Assembly (NCBI GenBank): GCA_900767715.1
Contig: CAAGAD010000005.1
Span: forward strand, 151,632-215,631
Reading direction: 5' to 3'
Source: Clostridia bacterium
Lineage (GTDB): Bacteria; Bacillota; Clostridia; Christensenellales; UBA1242
Length of the DNA stretch: 64,000 bases
The first letter of the stretch is position 1, and each line of letters opens with the position of its first letter. A program made the position numbers and the translations under genes. The notes below the pieces were generated by a model. It saw only the letters and a program-made list of their open reading frames with translations. It did not search any database and was not told the origin of the DNA. This document shows, one piece after another, positions 16,692-25,414 of this stretch.

Positions 16692-17828
16692 ATGATTTAT
16701 TTAGATAATTCAGCGACGACATATTTCAAACCGCAAATCGTGAAAGCGAGCGTGATTGATGCGATAAATAATTACACGGGCAACGCGGGTAGAAGCGGTC
16801 ACAAAATCGCGCTTGCATCTGGCGAAAAAGTTATGCAAACAAGACAGACCGTCGCAGACTTTTTTGACGCGAGTTTTGATAGAGTAGTGTTCACGCATAA
16901 TTGCACCACCGCACTCAATATGGCGATACTCGGTAGCGTGGAAAAAGGTATGCATGTAATCACTACCACGATGGAGCATAACTCGGTTTTGCGTCCACTT
17001 AATCGACTGCAAGAAAACGGCGACATAGAACTCACAATCGTGAGTATGAATGCTGATGGTTGTGTGTCGGTTGATGACATCAAATCTGTTGTCAAGCCGA
17101 ACACAAAACTCGTGGTCATCACGCAGACATCGAACGTCACCGGAGCGTCGAACGATGTAAAAGCCATTGGTGAGTTTTGCCACCAAAACGGTATCAAGAT
17201 TATAGTCGATTGTGCGCAATCGGCGGGGCATAAAAAAATATCTATGCGCACCGATAACATTGACATAATTTGTTTTGCGGGGCACAAAGGTTTGTACGCG
17301 CTCACCGGCATTGGCGGAATGGTGCTTGCCGACGACGTCCACTTGCGCCCAGTCATCTTGGGTGGCACGGGTGTAGATAGCATTTCGCTAAAACAAGAAG
17401 AATTATTTCCGGACAATTTTGAGAGCGGAACATTACCAGTTATGCAAATTATTTCGCTCGGTGCGGGCGTGGAATATGTGAACAAAAATTTTGAATATAT
17501 AAATAATCGCATACAAAATTTAACTAAATATGCATTAAATAGGTTAAAATATTTAAATAATATAAAAATTTATTCAAATATTGATAATTGTGCGGGAGTT
17601 ATCTCGTTTAATCTAAATAATTGTGATTGTAATGATGTCGCGAATTTTTTAGACAAAAAATATAATATCGCAGTTAGAAGTGGTTTGCATTGCGCACCAT
17701 TAATTCACAAACAACTTGGCACTGCTGAGCAAGGTGGCGCGATAAGAATTTCGCTCACTCACCATAATAACGCCAACGAAATCGACCGATTGATAGACGC
17801 CCTAATTGACTATCAAAACAGCAACTAA
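16692..17828 (+). CDS. Class V aminotransferase-fold cysteine desulfurase / selenocysteine lyase family protein
   Basis: MIYLDNSATT N-terminus, PLP-lysine context FAGHKGLY, and active-site loop RSGLHCAP. Confidence 0.85.
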   Translation: MIYLDNSATTYFKPQIVKASVIDAINNYTGNAGRSGHKIALASGEKVMQTRQTVADFFDASFDRVVFTHNCTTALNMAILGSVEKGMHVITTTMEHNSVLRPLNRLQENGDIELTIVSMNADGCVSVDDIKSVVKPNTKLVVITQTSNVTGASNDVKAIGEFCHQNGIKIIVDCAQSAGHKKISMRTDNIDIICFAGHKGLYALTGIGGMVLADDVHLRPVILGGTGVDSISLKQEELFPDNFESGTLPVMQIISLGAGVEYVNKNFEYINNRIQNLTKYALNRLKYLNNIKIYSNIDNCAGVISFNLNNCDCNDVANFLDKKYNIAVRSGLHCAPLIHKQLGTAEQGGAIRISLTHHNNANEIDRLIDALIDYQNSN

Positions 17829-18628
17829 TCAAGCCAGTTTTTACTAATAGATTTTCTCCATAGCGGGCGAATCAAACACAAGAAACTCAAACCCAAAAGC
17901 AGACTTCCCCAAACGATATAATAATTTCTAAATGGCACAACCATACTCACGAACAATATGAGTAGTCCAGCCCAAAAATATCTAAACCAATTTTTCTTTT
18001 GCAAGCACAATTCTAATACGTCGATAAACTTGACTTTTGGTTTAAATTTGTATGCAATTTTGCTTTGCGGGTAGGAGTTTGTTTTAGCATACAGAAGGTG
18101 ATACATTTGTTCCCTATCCAAAAGTACGATGTCAAAATTTAGATTGCTCGCAAGCGCACGCACATCGCTTTTCCATTCGGTCGCTACGAGTATGATTTTA
18201 TCACAATCTTTTTGGTAGTTAGATAATATTTCAAACACCTTTTCTTGACTCGCGCTCTCGCAATAAATCATTTTCATTTTTTTATGGTTAAGTTTGAACG
18301 ACAAATAGTTTTTATATGCTCGCTTGTTCACTGCGTCAGGAAATAGTGTGGCAAAAAATTTCGCTCGAAGCCCAACTTCCATACTGGCAAGTTTGAATGC
18401 GCACTCATCAATCTTGGATTGCTCCTGCGCATTATTTTTTTTGAGAGAGTTACGGTGATTAGTGACTGCGGAAATGGTAGTGTTGATTGCCACCGAAATA
18501 GCGAACGCAATCAAAGCACACACAACGCCGTTGTAGATGTAGAATCTAAGCCAAGCGAACGCGACGAAAAAGATGATAAGGTATCTAAATGCTATGTCCA
18601 AGACAAAAGCCAAACGAGATTTATTCAT
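17825..18628 (-). CDS. Hypothetical polytopic membrane protein with central soluble domain
   Basis: Two N-terminal and two C-terminal TM segments. The central part (KIILVATEWKSDVRALASNLNFDIVLLDREQMYHL) is faintly reminiscent of the C-terminal pattern of Mrr-type nuclease domains. The start is ambiguous (TTG 18646 or ATG 18628). Confidence 0.45.
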   Translation of the reverse strand: MNKSRLAFVLDIAFRYLIIFFVAFAWLRFYIYNGVVCALIAFAISVAINTTISAVTNHRNSLKKNNAQEQSKIDECAFKLASMEVGLRAKFFATLFPDAVNKRAYKNYLSFKLNHKKMKMIYCESASQEKVFEILSNYQKDCDKIILVATEWKSDVRALASNLNFDIVLLDREQMYHLLYAKTNSYPQSKIAYKFKPKVKFIDVLELCLQKKNWFRYFWAGLLILFVSMVVPFRNYYIVWGSLLLGLSFLCLIRPLWRKSISKNWLD

Positions 18629-18693
18629 AAACACAATTTTTGCCAATTAATAAAAAGACAAACAAATAATCGCTTTTTTGCGTGTTTTATGGT

Positions 18694-18722
18694 TTGACAA
18701 TACGGCTATAATGTTTTAGAAT
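18694..18722 (+). promoter_or_regulatory. Sigma-A promoter abutting the pdp start codon (leaderless candidate)
   Basis: TTGACA(18694-18699), 17 nt, TAGAAT(18717-18722), 6 nt, ATG(18729). No SD. Confidence 0.55.
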
Positions 18723-18728
18723 AATAAT

Positions 18729-20024
18729 ATGAACATTTTATCAATCATCAACAAAAAGCGATATGGCAAGGTTTTGACCACCGAAGAAATAGAATTTGTA
18801 ATCAAGGGCTACACCAAAGGAAAAATCCCTAACTATCAAATGAGTTCACTCCTAATGGCGATTTGCACCAAAGGAATGAATTATGAAGAGACTCTCGCGA
18901 TGACTTTGGCAATGAAGAATAGTGGCAAGGTTTATATTTTTGACAAATCACGTAATTTCATTCTCGACAAACACAGCACGGGCGGAGTGGGTGACTCGAC
19001 AACCTTTATTGTGATGAGCACGCTCGCCAGCCTTGGCTACAAAATGGTGAAGATGAGCGGACGCGGGCTTGGACACACGGGTGGCACGCTAGACAAACTT
19101 GAAGTCTTCCCAAAGGTTAAGCACAATTACTCAATCGACCAAGTAGAAGATTTCTTGGACAAAAATAATGCCGTCATCATTGGTGCACAGGCGGTTGCCC
19201 CAGCGGACAAGAAAATTTATCTTTTGCGCGATGTGACATCAACAGTTGAGAGCATACCTTTAATCTGCGCCAGCATTCTGTCTAAAAAGTTGTCTTGCGG
19301 TGCTCACGGCATTGTGTTCGACATCACATGTGGCGATGGCGCATTTATGCACAACCTAAAAGACGCGCAAACCTTGGCTCACCTTATGCGTAAGATTATG
19401 CAACACGAGAAAGTACGCGCGTCATTCGTCATTACAGATATGAATTCACCACTTAGCCGTGGCATTGGCAGAGAATATGAGATTGCCGATGTCGTTCGCG
19501 TGTTGAATGGTGAGAGATGTGCGCTTCGTGAAGTCTCACTAAAACTGATTGTTGAAGCAATGCGTCTGCAAAAGCCGGAACTCAACGAAAAGTACGCCTA
19601 CATTCAAGCGAGCCAGGCGATAGATAACGGACAAGCCAAGCAAAAGTTTGTTGACATTCTACGTGCCCAAGGCGCTGTGGTTGACAACATTGATGACTAT
19701 CAAACTGTGCCAAAGACTAAATACGCAACGAAAATCTATGCGGACAAGTCGGGCAGAGTAAGGCGCGTGTCTGCACGAGCGCTAGGTGATGCCGTGCGCA
19801 TTTTGGGTGGCGGACGCCTTGTCGAAACTGACACAATCACGCCTTACGTGGGTATGGAAATCAATTACCGTGTTGGCGACAAAGTGAAGAAGGGCGATTG
19901 CCTAGCCGTTGTGCATTATGAAGATAAAAAGAAATTTAAACAAGTCGAGGCTCAAATCAAAAACGCATTCCAGATTGGCTGTTTCGCGTTCAAGCCTAAA
20001 CTTATAATTCAGGAAATAAAATGA
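18729..20024 (+). CDS. pdp: Pyrimidine-nucleoside (thymidine) phosphorylase
   Basis: IINKKRYGKVLTTEEIEFVIKGY N-terminus, HSTGGVGD phosphate-binding motif, 431 aa. Confidence 0.92.
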   Translation: MNILSIINKKRYGKVLTTEEIEFVIKGYTKGKIPNYQMSSLLMAICTKGMNYEETLAMTLAMKNSGKVYIFDKSRNFILDKHSTGGVGDSTTFIVMSTLASLGYKMVKMSGRGLGHTGGTLDKLEVFPKVKHNYSIDQVEDFLDKNNAVIIGAQAVAPADKKIYLLRDVTSTVESIPLICASILSKKLSCGAHGIVFDITCGDGAFMHNLKDAQTLAHLMRKIMQHEKVRASFVITDMNSPLSRGIGREYEIADVVRVLNGERCALREVSLKLIVEAMRLQKPELNEKYAYIQASQAIDNGQAKQKFVDILRAQGAVVDNIDDYQTVPKTKYATKIYADKSGRVRRVSARALGDAVRILGGGRLVETDTITPYVGMEINYRVGDKVKKGDCLAVVHYEDKKKFKQVEAQIKNAFQIGCFAFKPKLIIQEIK

Positions 20025-20452
20025 TTAAACTAGATAATGAAGAAAAGACCAAACAACTGGCGACAGATTTTGCCAAGAGGTTGAAGCCGGGTGACCTTGT
20101 CGTGCTTAACGGCGACTTGGGTGCGGGCAAAACCACTTTCACGCGTTATACTTTTGAAGCACTGGGCGCAAAAGGTGTGGTGAATAGTCCAACTTTTGCC
20201 ATTATGAAGGTTTACGAAAGTCCGGTTGCGGAGTTATATCATTTCGACACCTATCGAATTGACGTGAACGAAGCGATTGAGTCGGGTTTCGATGAAATAT
20301 TATCCAACCGACAAGGCAAAATAATTTTCATCGAGTGGAGCGAAAATATTGCACCACTTTTGCAAAATATCACTTACACCATAAATCTAAAATATATAAC
20401 CGAAAATGAACGAGAAATAGAGATTGTAAACAATGAACAAACTAATAATTAA
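20021..20452 (+). CDS. tsaE: tRNA t6A37 biosynthesis ATPase TsaE
   Basis: Walker A GDLGAGKTTFTR, and SPTF plus HFDxYR motifs. Confidence 0.9.
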   Translation: MIKLDNEEKTKQLATDFAKRLKPGDLVVLNGDLGAGKTTFTRYTFEALGAKGVVNSPTFAIMKVYESPVAELYHFDTYRIDVNEAIESGFDEILSNRQGKIIFIEWSENIAPLLQNITYTINLKYITENEREIEIVNNEQTNN

Positions 20453-21479
20453 CACTGTCCTGCCACAATTACAAATCGTGCTCACCAAGAACGAGCAGAT
20501 ATACACAACCGTGCTCGACGCGGACAAAAATCACAACGAGAAATTGCTCGGCGAAATTGATATGCTTTTGCGTAAAGCCGAACTCAAAATGCAAGACATT
20601 GATGCTTGCCTTTGTTTCGTTGGACCAGGCAGTTTCACAGGCATTAGAGTAGGTGTCGCCACAGCAAAGGGCTTTAAAGACGCACTGGGCATAAAAGCAT
20701 ACGGCATAAACACGCTGGAATATCTGTCACGCCTAGCAATGCGCGAAAACGCTGACGCACAAGTGTTTGCGTTGTATGGAAGCCTAAATAGTTATTTCGT
20801 GGCGCACATCAAGGAAGGCAAACTCGTTTATGAATCAACCAACCAAACACTCGACCAACTTATGAATATCGCGAACGGCAGGGAAATCTATGTTTTCAGT
20901 GGTAGTAGTCATTGTGAATTCGCCCAAGGCGTAGAATTGAACGCCGAAGTGTTGGTGTCGCTAGCCGACGAAGTCATTTCTCGCGGTGATGAGCGTCTAA
21001 CGCCTGTATATTTCCAACTTTCGCAAGCCGAAGCACAGAAGATTAATCGTGATGTAGATATCTCTGTTGCCAACGAAACGGACGCAAAAGAAATCACCGC
21101 CATTGATAACCTTATCTTTGAAGATAAATGGAGTGCAGACGCATACAGTCGCGAATGCAAAAACAACAAGATTTTCGTTGCCAAACTTTTAGATAAAATC
21201 ATTGGCTTCATCGATTTGGAAATCGTTGCCGATGAAATGAATATTGTGAAGGTCGGCGTCTTGCCTGACTATCGTCGAAATAGAGTGGCAATTCAACTTA
21301 TCAATCACGCGCTCGAATATGCAAAGCAGAACAACATTGCTAGCATTGGTTTGGAAGTGTCGTCAAACAATATTCCAGCGCAAAACTTGTACAAGAAAAT
21401 GGGTTTCGAGTCAACGCGCGTTAGAAAGCAATATTACAAAGACCACAGCGACGGCATTGAAATGCGAAAACAAGTCTAA
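20433..21479 (+). CDS. tsaB: TsaB (t6A37 biosynthesis) fused to a RimI-type GNAT acetyltransferase
   Basis: The N-terminal half has VGPGSFTGIRVGVATAKG (TsaB). The C-terminal roughly 145 aa has the GNAT core RRNRVAIQLINHALEYAKQNNIASIGLEVSSNNIPAQNLYKKMGF (RimI-like). It is a single uninterrupted 348-aa frame. Confidence 0.85.
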   Translation: MNKLIINTVLPQLQIVLTKNEQIYTTVLDADKNHNEKLLGEIDMLLRKAELKMQDIDACLCFVGPGSFTGIRVGVATAKGFKDALGIKAYGINTLEYLSRLAMRENADAQVFALYGSLNSYFVAHIKEGKLVYESTNQTLDQLMNIANGREIYVFSGSSHCEFAQGVELNAEVLVSLADEVISRGDERLTPVYFQLSQAEAQKINRDVDISVANETDAKEITAIDNLIFEDKWSADAYSRECKNNKIFVAKLLDKIIGFIDLEIVADEMNIVKVGVLPDYRRNRVAIQLINHALEYAKQNNIASIGLEVSSNNIPAQNLYKKMGFESTRVRKQYYKDHSDGIEMRKQV

Positions 21480-23014
21480 TTGTAGTCGTCGGGTAGGTCA
21501 TTTAATAGAAGTAGACAGTCGCCCGAGCGCAATAGTTTTGAAAAGAACTCTTTTGCCATAGCCAAGTTTTTGGCATACATTATATTTTTAAATCCAACTG
21601 AAAGCAGTCCGTCCGTGATTGCTTTTTTGTTGGTATCGTTCACGATGATGAAATAATCCACAAACTTGCCCGCGCTCGCACCGAAATTGAAGTTGATGTC
21701 GTATTGCATTTTACCACCTTCAACCATACCGGGCGAAGCGATGATTTTGCGCGCGTCAATCGATGACAAAACTTCGAGCGCAACGCGAATGCTGTCCGCG
21801 CTAGCGTTGTAACTGTCGTCAATTATGAGAACGCCGTTCGCGTTCTCAATCAACTCTAAACGATGTGGTTCGGCTTTGACATTGTCGATATATGGTAAGA
21901 TGTTTTCGATGTCGTCATAAAGACAAGCGCACGCAATGGCAAGGGTCAAATTTAGCACATTATGTTTACCAATTAGGCAAGTGTGGATTTCATATTCTTT
22001 GCCACCTGTGTGCAAAACAAAACTACTACCAGACAAACCAAATTTTATGCCCGTTGCAAAATAGTCGGCATTTTGATTAATTGAAACAGAAATTTTATTC
22101 AATTTTCTTTCATCGTACATTTTTTTCACGTATTCGTTATCGATATTGTAGATGACTGTGCCTTTGCAATAATCGGCGAGTTCTTTTTTCGTTTTATAAA
22201 TATTTTCTACCGAACCAAACGTTTCGATGTGTGCAGGACTAACGTTCGTGATGATTGCATTTGTTGGGTTTGTGAGATGACAAAGTTCTTCAATTTGATG
22301 GCGTTTTCTAGCACCCATTTCAGCCACAAAAATTTCGCAATTATTGTCCAAATTATTTATGGCTTTTGTCAGCCCGAGTGGAGTGTTATAACTTAACGGA
22401 CTTGACACGGCGTTGTGTCCGCCGAGTAGGGTAGATAGATAGTTTTTTACACTCGTCTTTCCCACACTCCCCGTTATGCCGATGACTTCAATATTTTGTG
22501 AGCGCAATTTTTGTTTTGCACGCGTCATAAATTTTTTGTTAATCAATTTTTCATAAGGAAACCAACTCATATTGATGATAAATATCACCACGTCTTTGTA
22601 TAGCATAGAACCGCATGCGATGAGTGTAAAACATTTGGTAGATGCAAAATGCGACAGCAATAAATTAATCGCAAAAATAATAATTAAATTAGAAATAAAT
22701 AATCTTTTTATATTATGTGTAAATTTTAGACTTATCTTCTTCGATGCAAAATAATTCACAATCTCGAAAACTATGTAAAAAATAACTAAAAAACACGAAA
22801 AAACGGTGTAAATAATAGCATTTTCTATAAAAATTAAGCAAATGCACGCCAAAACGCTAATTAAACTATTAATTATTATTCTTTTTTTATTTTTGAAAAA
22901 ATGTAAATATTTATTTATCTTATAATTTTTAATTTGGTAAAAATATAAATTATTTAATATGTAAAAAATATTTAACGGCAATAAAAGTGCGAACAAAATA
23001 ATTTTAGTTATCAT
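21476..23014 (-). CDS. murF: UDP-MurNAc-tripeptide--D-Ala-D-Ala ligase (MurF) with N-terminal polytopic membrane module
   Basis: P-loop GITGSVGKTS, EMGARKRHQIEEL...ITNVSPAHIETFGS, and DDSYNAS, which are MurF hallmarks. The first roughly 150 aa are 4-5 hydrophobic helices (IILFALLLPLNIF.., CICLIFIENAIIYTVFSCFLVIFYIVF.., LIIIFAINLLL..) in place of the usual soluble domain 1. Confidence 0.85.
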   Translation of the reverse strand: MITKIILFALLLPLNIFYILNNLYFYQIKNYKINKYLHFFKNKKRIIINSLISVLACICLIFIENAIIYTVFSCFLVIFYIVFEIVNYFASKKISLKFTHNIKRLFISNLIIIFAINLLLSHFASTKCFTLIACGSMLYKDVVIFIINMSWFPYEKLINKKFMTRAKQKLRSQNIEVIGITGSVGKTSVKNYLSTLLGGHNAVSSPLSYNTPLGLTKAINNLDNNCEIFVAEMGARKRHQIEELCHLTNPTNAIITNVSPAHIETFGSVENIYKTKKELADYCKGTVIYNIDNEYVKKMYDERKLNKISVSINQNADYFATGIKFGLSGSSFVLHTGGKEYEIHTCLIGKHNVLNLTLAIACACLYDDIENILPYIDNVKAEPHRLELIENANGVLIIDDSYNASADSIRVALEVLSSIDARKIIASPGMVEGGKMQYDINFNFGASAGKFVDYFIIVNDTNKKAITDGLLSVGFKNIMYAKNLAMAKEFFSKLLRSGDCLLLLNDLPDDYN

Positions 23015-23831
23015 GCTTTTCTCCCAAAAATCTTTTTAGTTCATAACAAAAATTTTGTCGGTTTTCCAAATATGCGAAATGACCATAGTTGGTGATTATA
23101 CATCTTGATTTTTCGATGTGTTTATGAAAATATGAACACATATACATAGGTGTTTCTTTGTCACGCTTACCCCAATAAATTAGAGTCGGGCATGAGATGT
23201 CTTTTACTAAAATTTTTAGGTCAAGATTAACTACATTTTTAAACGTCGTTTTGTCAATATTTTTTAGAGCCAAATAATCTGTCGAACCCAACACATTTTC
23301 AAAATGCAGGTCGCGATTGTCCAGCCACTTTTTTGTGCTGTTAAGACCATTCAATTTTTTAGTTCTAGGTTTAATGCCCGCGCCCGAACAGATGACCAAC
23401 TTTTTGACGAGTACGTCACGATTTAATAGCAGTGCCACTCGACACCCAAAACTATGACAGACGACAATCGGCTCGCAAATATTTAACAATTTCAAAATAT
23501 TTACGACAATATTTTTGTAGTCGAGCATTGAGAGTGCTTGGTGTGACGCGTAACTTTTGTTTGGCGGAAAACTAATTTTCAGTGTTGAAAAGTTTTTAAC
23601 GAACGGGTCGCACTCGTCGAACGAGTTTTTGTTTCCGCCCCAGCCGTGCAAGAACACTACGCAATCCTTCCCGCGTTTTTGATAATCGTAATCAATGATA
23701 AAACTTTTATAAATGTATTTCACATATTGATATATGCGTATGCGCGCGTTTTCGTCCAAAGTGGCATTGTGCTCACCGCTACAGACTTTGTCGAGTTGAC
23801 GAATGCAAAAATTTTTCGTCACGCACAACAA
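23004..23831 (-). CDS. Alpha/beta hydrolase
   Basis: VVFLHGWGGNKNSF oxyanion region, nucleophile elbow CHSFGC, and C-terminal GHFAYLE. It overlaps the murF start by 11 nt. The start is uncertain: TTG in the track, with no internal ATG before the conserved core. Confidence 0.7.
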   Translation of the reverse strand: MLCVTKNFCIRQLDKVCSGEHNATLDENARIRIYQYVKYIYKSFIIDYDYQKRGKDCVVFLHGWGGNKNSFDECDPFVKNFSTLKISFPPNKSYASHQALSMLDYKNIVVNILKLLNICEPIVVCHSFGCRVALLLNRDVLVKKLVICSGAGIKPRTKKLNGLNSTKKWLDNRDLHFENVLGSTDYLALKNIDKTTFKNVVNLDLKILVKDISCPTLIYWGKRDKETPMYMCSYFHKHIEKSRCIITNYGHFAYLENRQNFCYELKRFLGEKHDN

Positions 23832-23886
23832 TCAATTTGTAAAGCACTCTTGCCCTAAACTTACCACTCGCACACCCGCCAAAACT

Positions 23887-23916
23887 GTGTCAGCCTACGC
23901 AAAGCGAACATATAAC
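23887..23916 (+). promoter_or_regulatory. Candidate promoter abutting the ddl start codon (leaderless candidate)
   Basis: TATAAC(23911-23916), 6 nt, ATG(23923). The -35 is weak (TGTCAG at 17 nt or GTGTCA at 18 nt). No SD. Confidence 0.4.
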
Positions 23917-23922
23917 CTTAAT

Positions 23923-24975
23923 ATGAAAAAAATAGGAATCATATTCGGTGGCGAATCGGTCGAACACGATGTGTCGATTGTCACCGCCTTGCAATGCTAT
24001 CAAATGATAAAATCGAACTTTGACATCAAACTTATCTACATAACGCACGATAACGAGTTCTATTTCGTGCCCTCAAATGTTCGTCCCAAAGACTTTGTAC
24101 GCTTGCCAAAGCACGCCAAACGCTTAAAAAACCTGCAATTCGGCGTTGACACAATCATCAATTGCTGTCACGGTGGGATAGGAGAGAACGGGCAACTCTC
24201 GGCAATGCTGTTGACGCTTGGCATTCGCTACACCAACGCGGATTGCCTATCAAGTATGCTGGCAATGGACAAATCGCTCACCAAACTCGCGCTCAAAGGC
24301 ACGAAAGTAAAGACTTTGCCCGCGAAAACCTATTATTCCTTGCCCGACAAAGCCGAACTCGACAAAACTGCCTATCCAGTCATCGTCAAACCGCGAAGCC
24401 TTGGCAGTAGCATAGGCGTGGTAAGGTGCGACACCGCCGACGACCTAATGCGTGCCATTCAAGCCGACCTAATGTATGACCGCGCTTGCATTGTGGAGAA
24501 GTGCATCGACCCGCTCATTGAGTACAACTGCGCCGTCTATCAGCACGGTGAAGATTTGATTGTCAGCGAAATCGAACAACCAGTCAAACACGACACGACA
24601 TTGAGTTTTGCCGACAAATATCTCATCTCCGCGCAAAAAGGAATGAAAGGTTCGTCACGCATTCTGCCTGCCGAGATTGATGACGCACTCCGCGACAAAA
24701 TCCACAACTGGACGCTCACGGCATACAAAGTTCTTGACCTAAAAGGCGTGGTAAGGGTGGATTATCTCTTCGACCCCACGACAAAATCTCTCTATCTCAA
24801 CGAAATCAACACCATACCGGGCTCGCTCGCGTTTTATCTTTTTGAACCGTTGGGAATCAGTTATGTGGAACTAATAAAAGACCTTATCGACGACTGCCAA
24901 AATTCACACATAGCAGACAACAAAATTACCAGATTTGACTCGCAAATCCTTGATATTGCTTTACATAAAAATTGA
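23923..24975 (+). CDS. ddl: D-alanine--D-alanine ligase
   Basis: MKKIGIIFGGESVEHDVS N-terminus, ATP-grasp core, and the LNEINTIPG motif. The upstream ORF-track extension (23803) overlaps the divergent gene. Confidence 0.92.
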   Translation: MKKIGIIFGGESVEHDVSIVTALQCYQMIKSNFDIKLIYITHDNEFYFVPSNVRPKDFVRLPKHAKRLKNLQFGVDTIINCCHGGIGENGQLSAMLLTLGIRYTNADCLSSMLAMDKSLTKLALKGTKVKTLPAKTYYSLPDKAELDKTAYPVIVKPRSLGSSIGVVRCDTADDLMRAIQADLMYDRACIVEKCIDPLIEYNCAVYQHGEDLIVSEIEQPVKHDTTLSFADKYLISAQKGMKGSSRILPAEIDDALRDKIHNWTLTAYKVLDLKGVVRVDYLFDPTTKSLYLNEINTIPGSLAFYLFEPLGISYVELIKDLIDDCQNSHIADNKITRFDSQILDIALHKN

Positions 24976-25015
24976 CTTATGGTAAACTAAAAATGTATTA
25001 AGGAGAGTATCGGCA

Positions 25016-25414
25016 ATGACTAATAGCGAACTAATAAATATTGCCAAATCGACTTTGCGGTCGGTTTTGGACAACCCTTACGACAGCGAGTGTCCGACCT
25101 TTGTAGTGGCGGTGCTTTTGGGCAAGTCGGGCAAGGTGTATACAGGCGTAAATGTTCATTGGTGGCATTCCAGTTGCGCCGAGCAGGTGGCTATTGGTTC
25201 GGCTTTTGCCAGTGGTGAAAGGGAATTCGACCGCATTGTTTCCGTTTCGCGCGGGGCGGACGGCAAAATTAATGTGGTTACGCCTTGTGGCATTTGCAGA
25301 CAGATGTTCGCAATCCATGCACCTAACATAAAAGTGATTATCAAGGACGGCAACAGAACTGTGACTAAATCGGTTGACGATTTGTTGCCATACTGTTACA
25401 GAGGAGAGTATTAA
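25016..25414 (+). CDS. cdd: Cytidine/blasticidin-S deaminase family zinc enzyme
   Basis: CAEQVAI (C/H-A-E) and PCGICRQ zinc motifs. 132 aa. SD AAGGAGAG. Confidence 0.8.
   Translation: MTNSELINIAKSTLRSVLDNPYDSECPTFVVAVLLGKSGKVYTGVNVHWWHSSCAEQVAIGSAFASGEREFDRIVSVSRGADGKINVVTPCGICRQMFAIHAPNIKVIIKDGNRTVTKSVDDLLPYCYRGEY

Noticed and set aside
16710-17512. Two long minus-strand ORFs (210 and 237 aa)
   Set aside because: Both lie antisense within the cysteine desulfurase gene, whose PLP-lysine and active-site Cys motifs make the plus-strand frame the real one.
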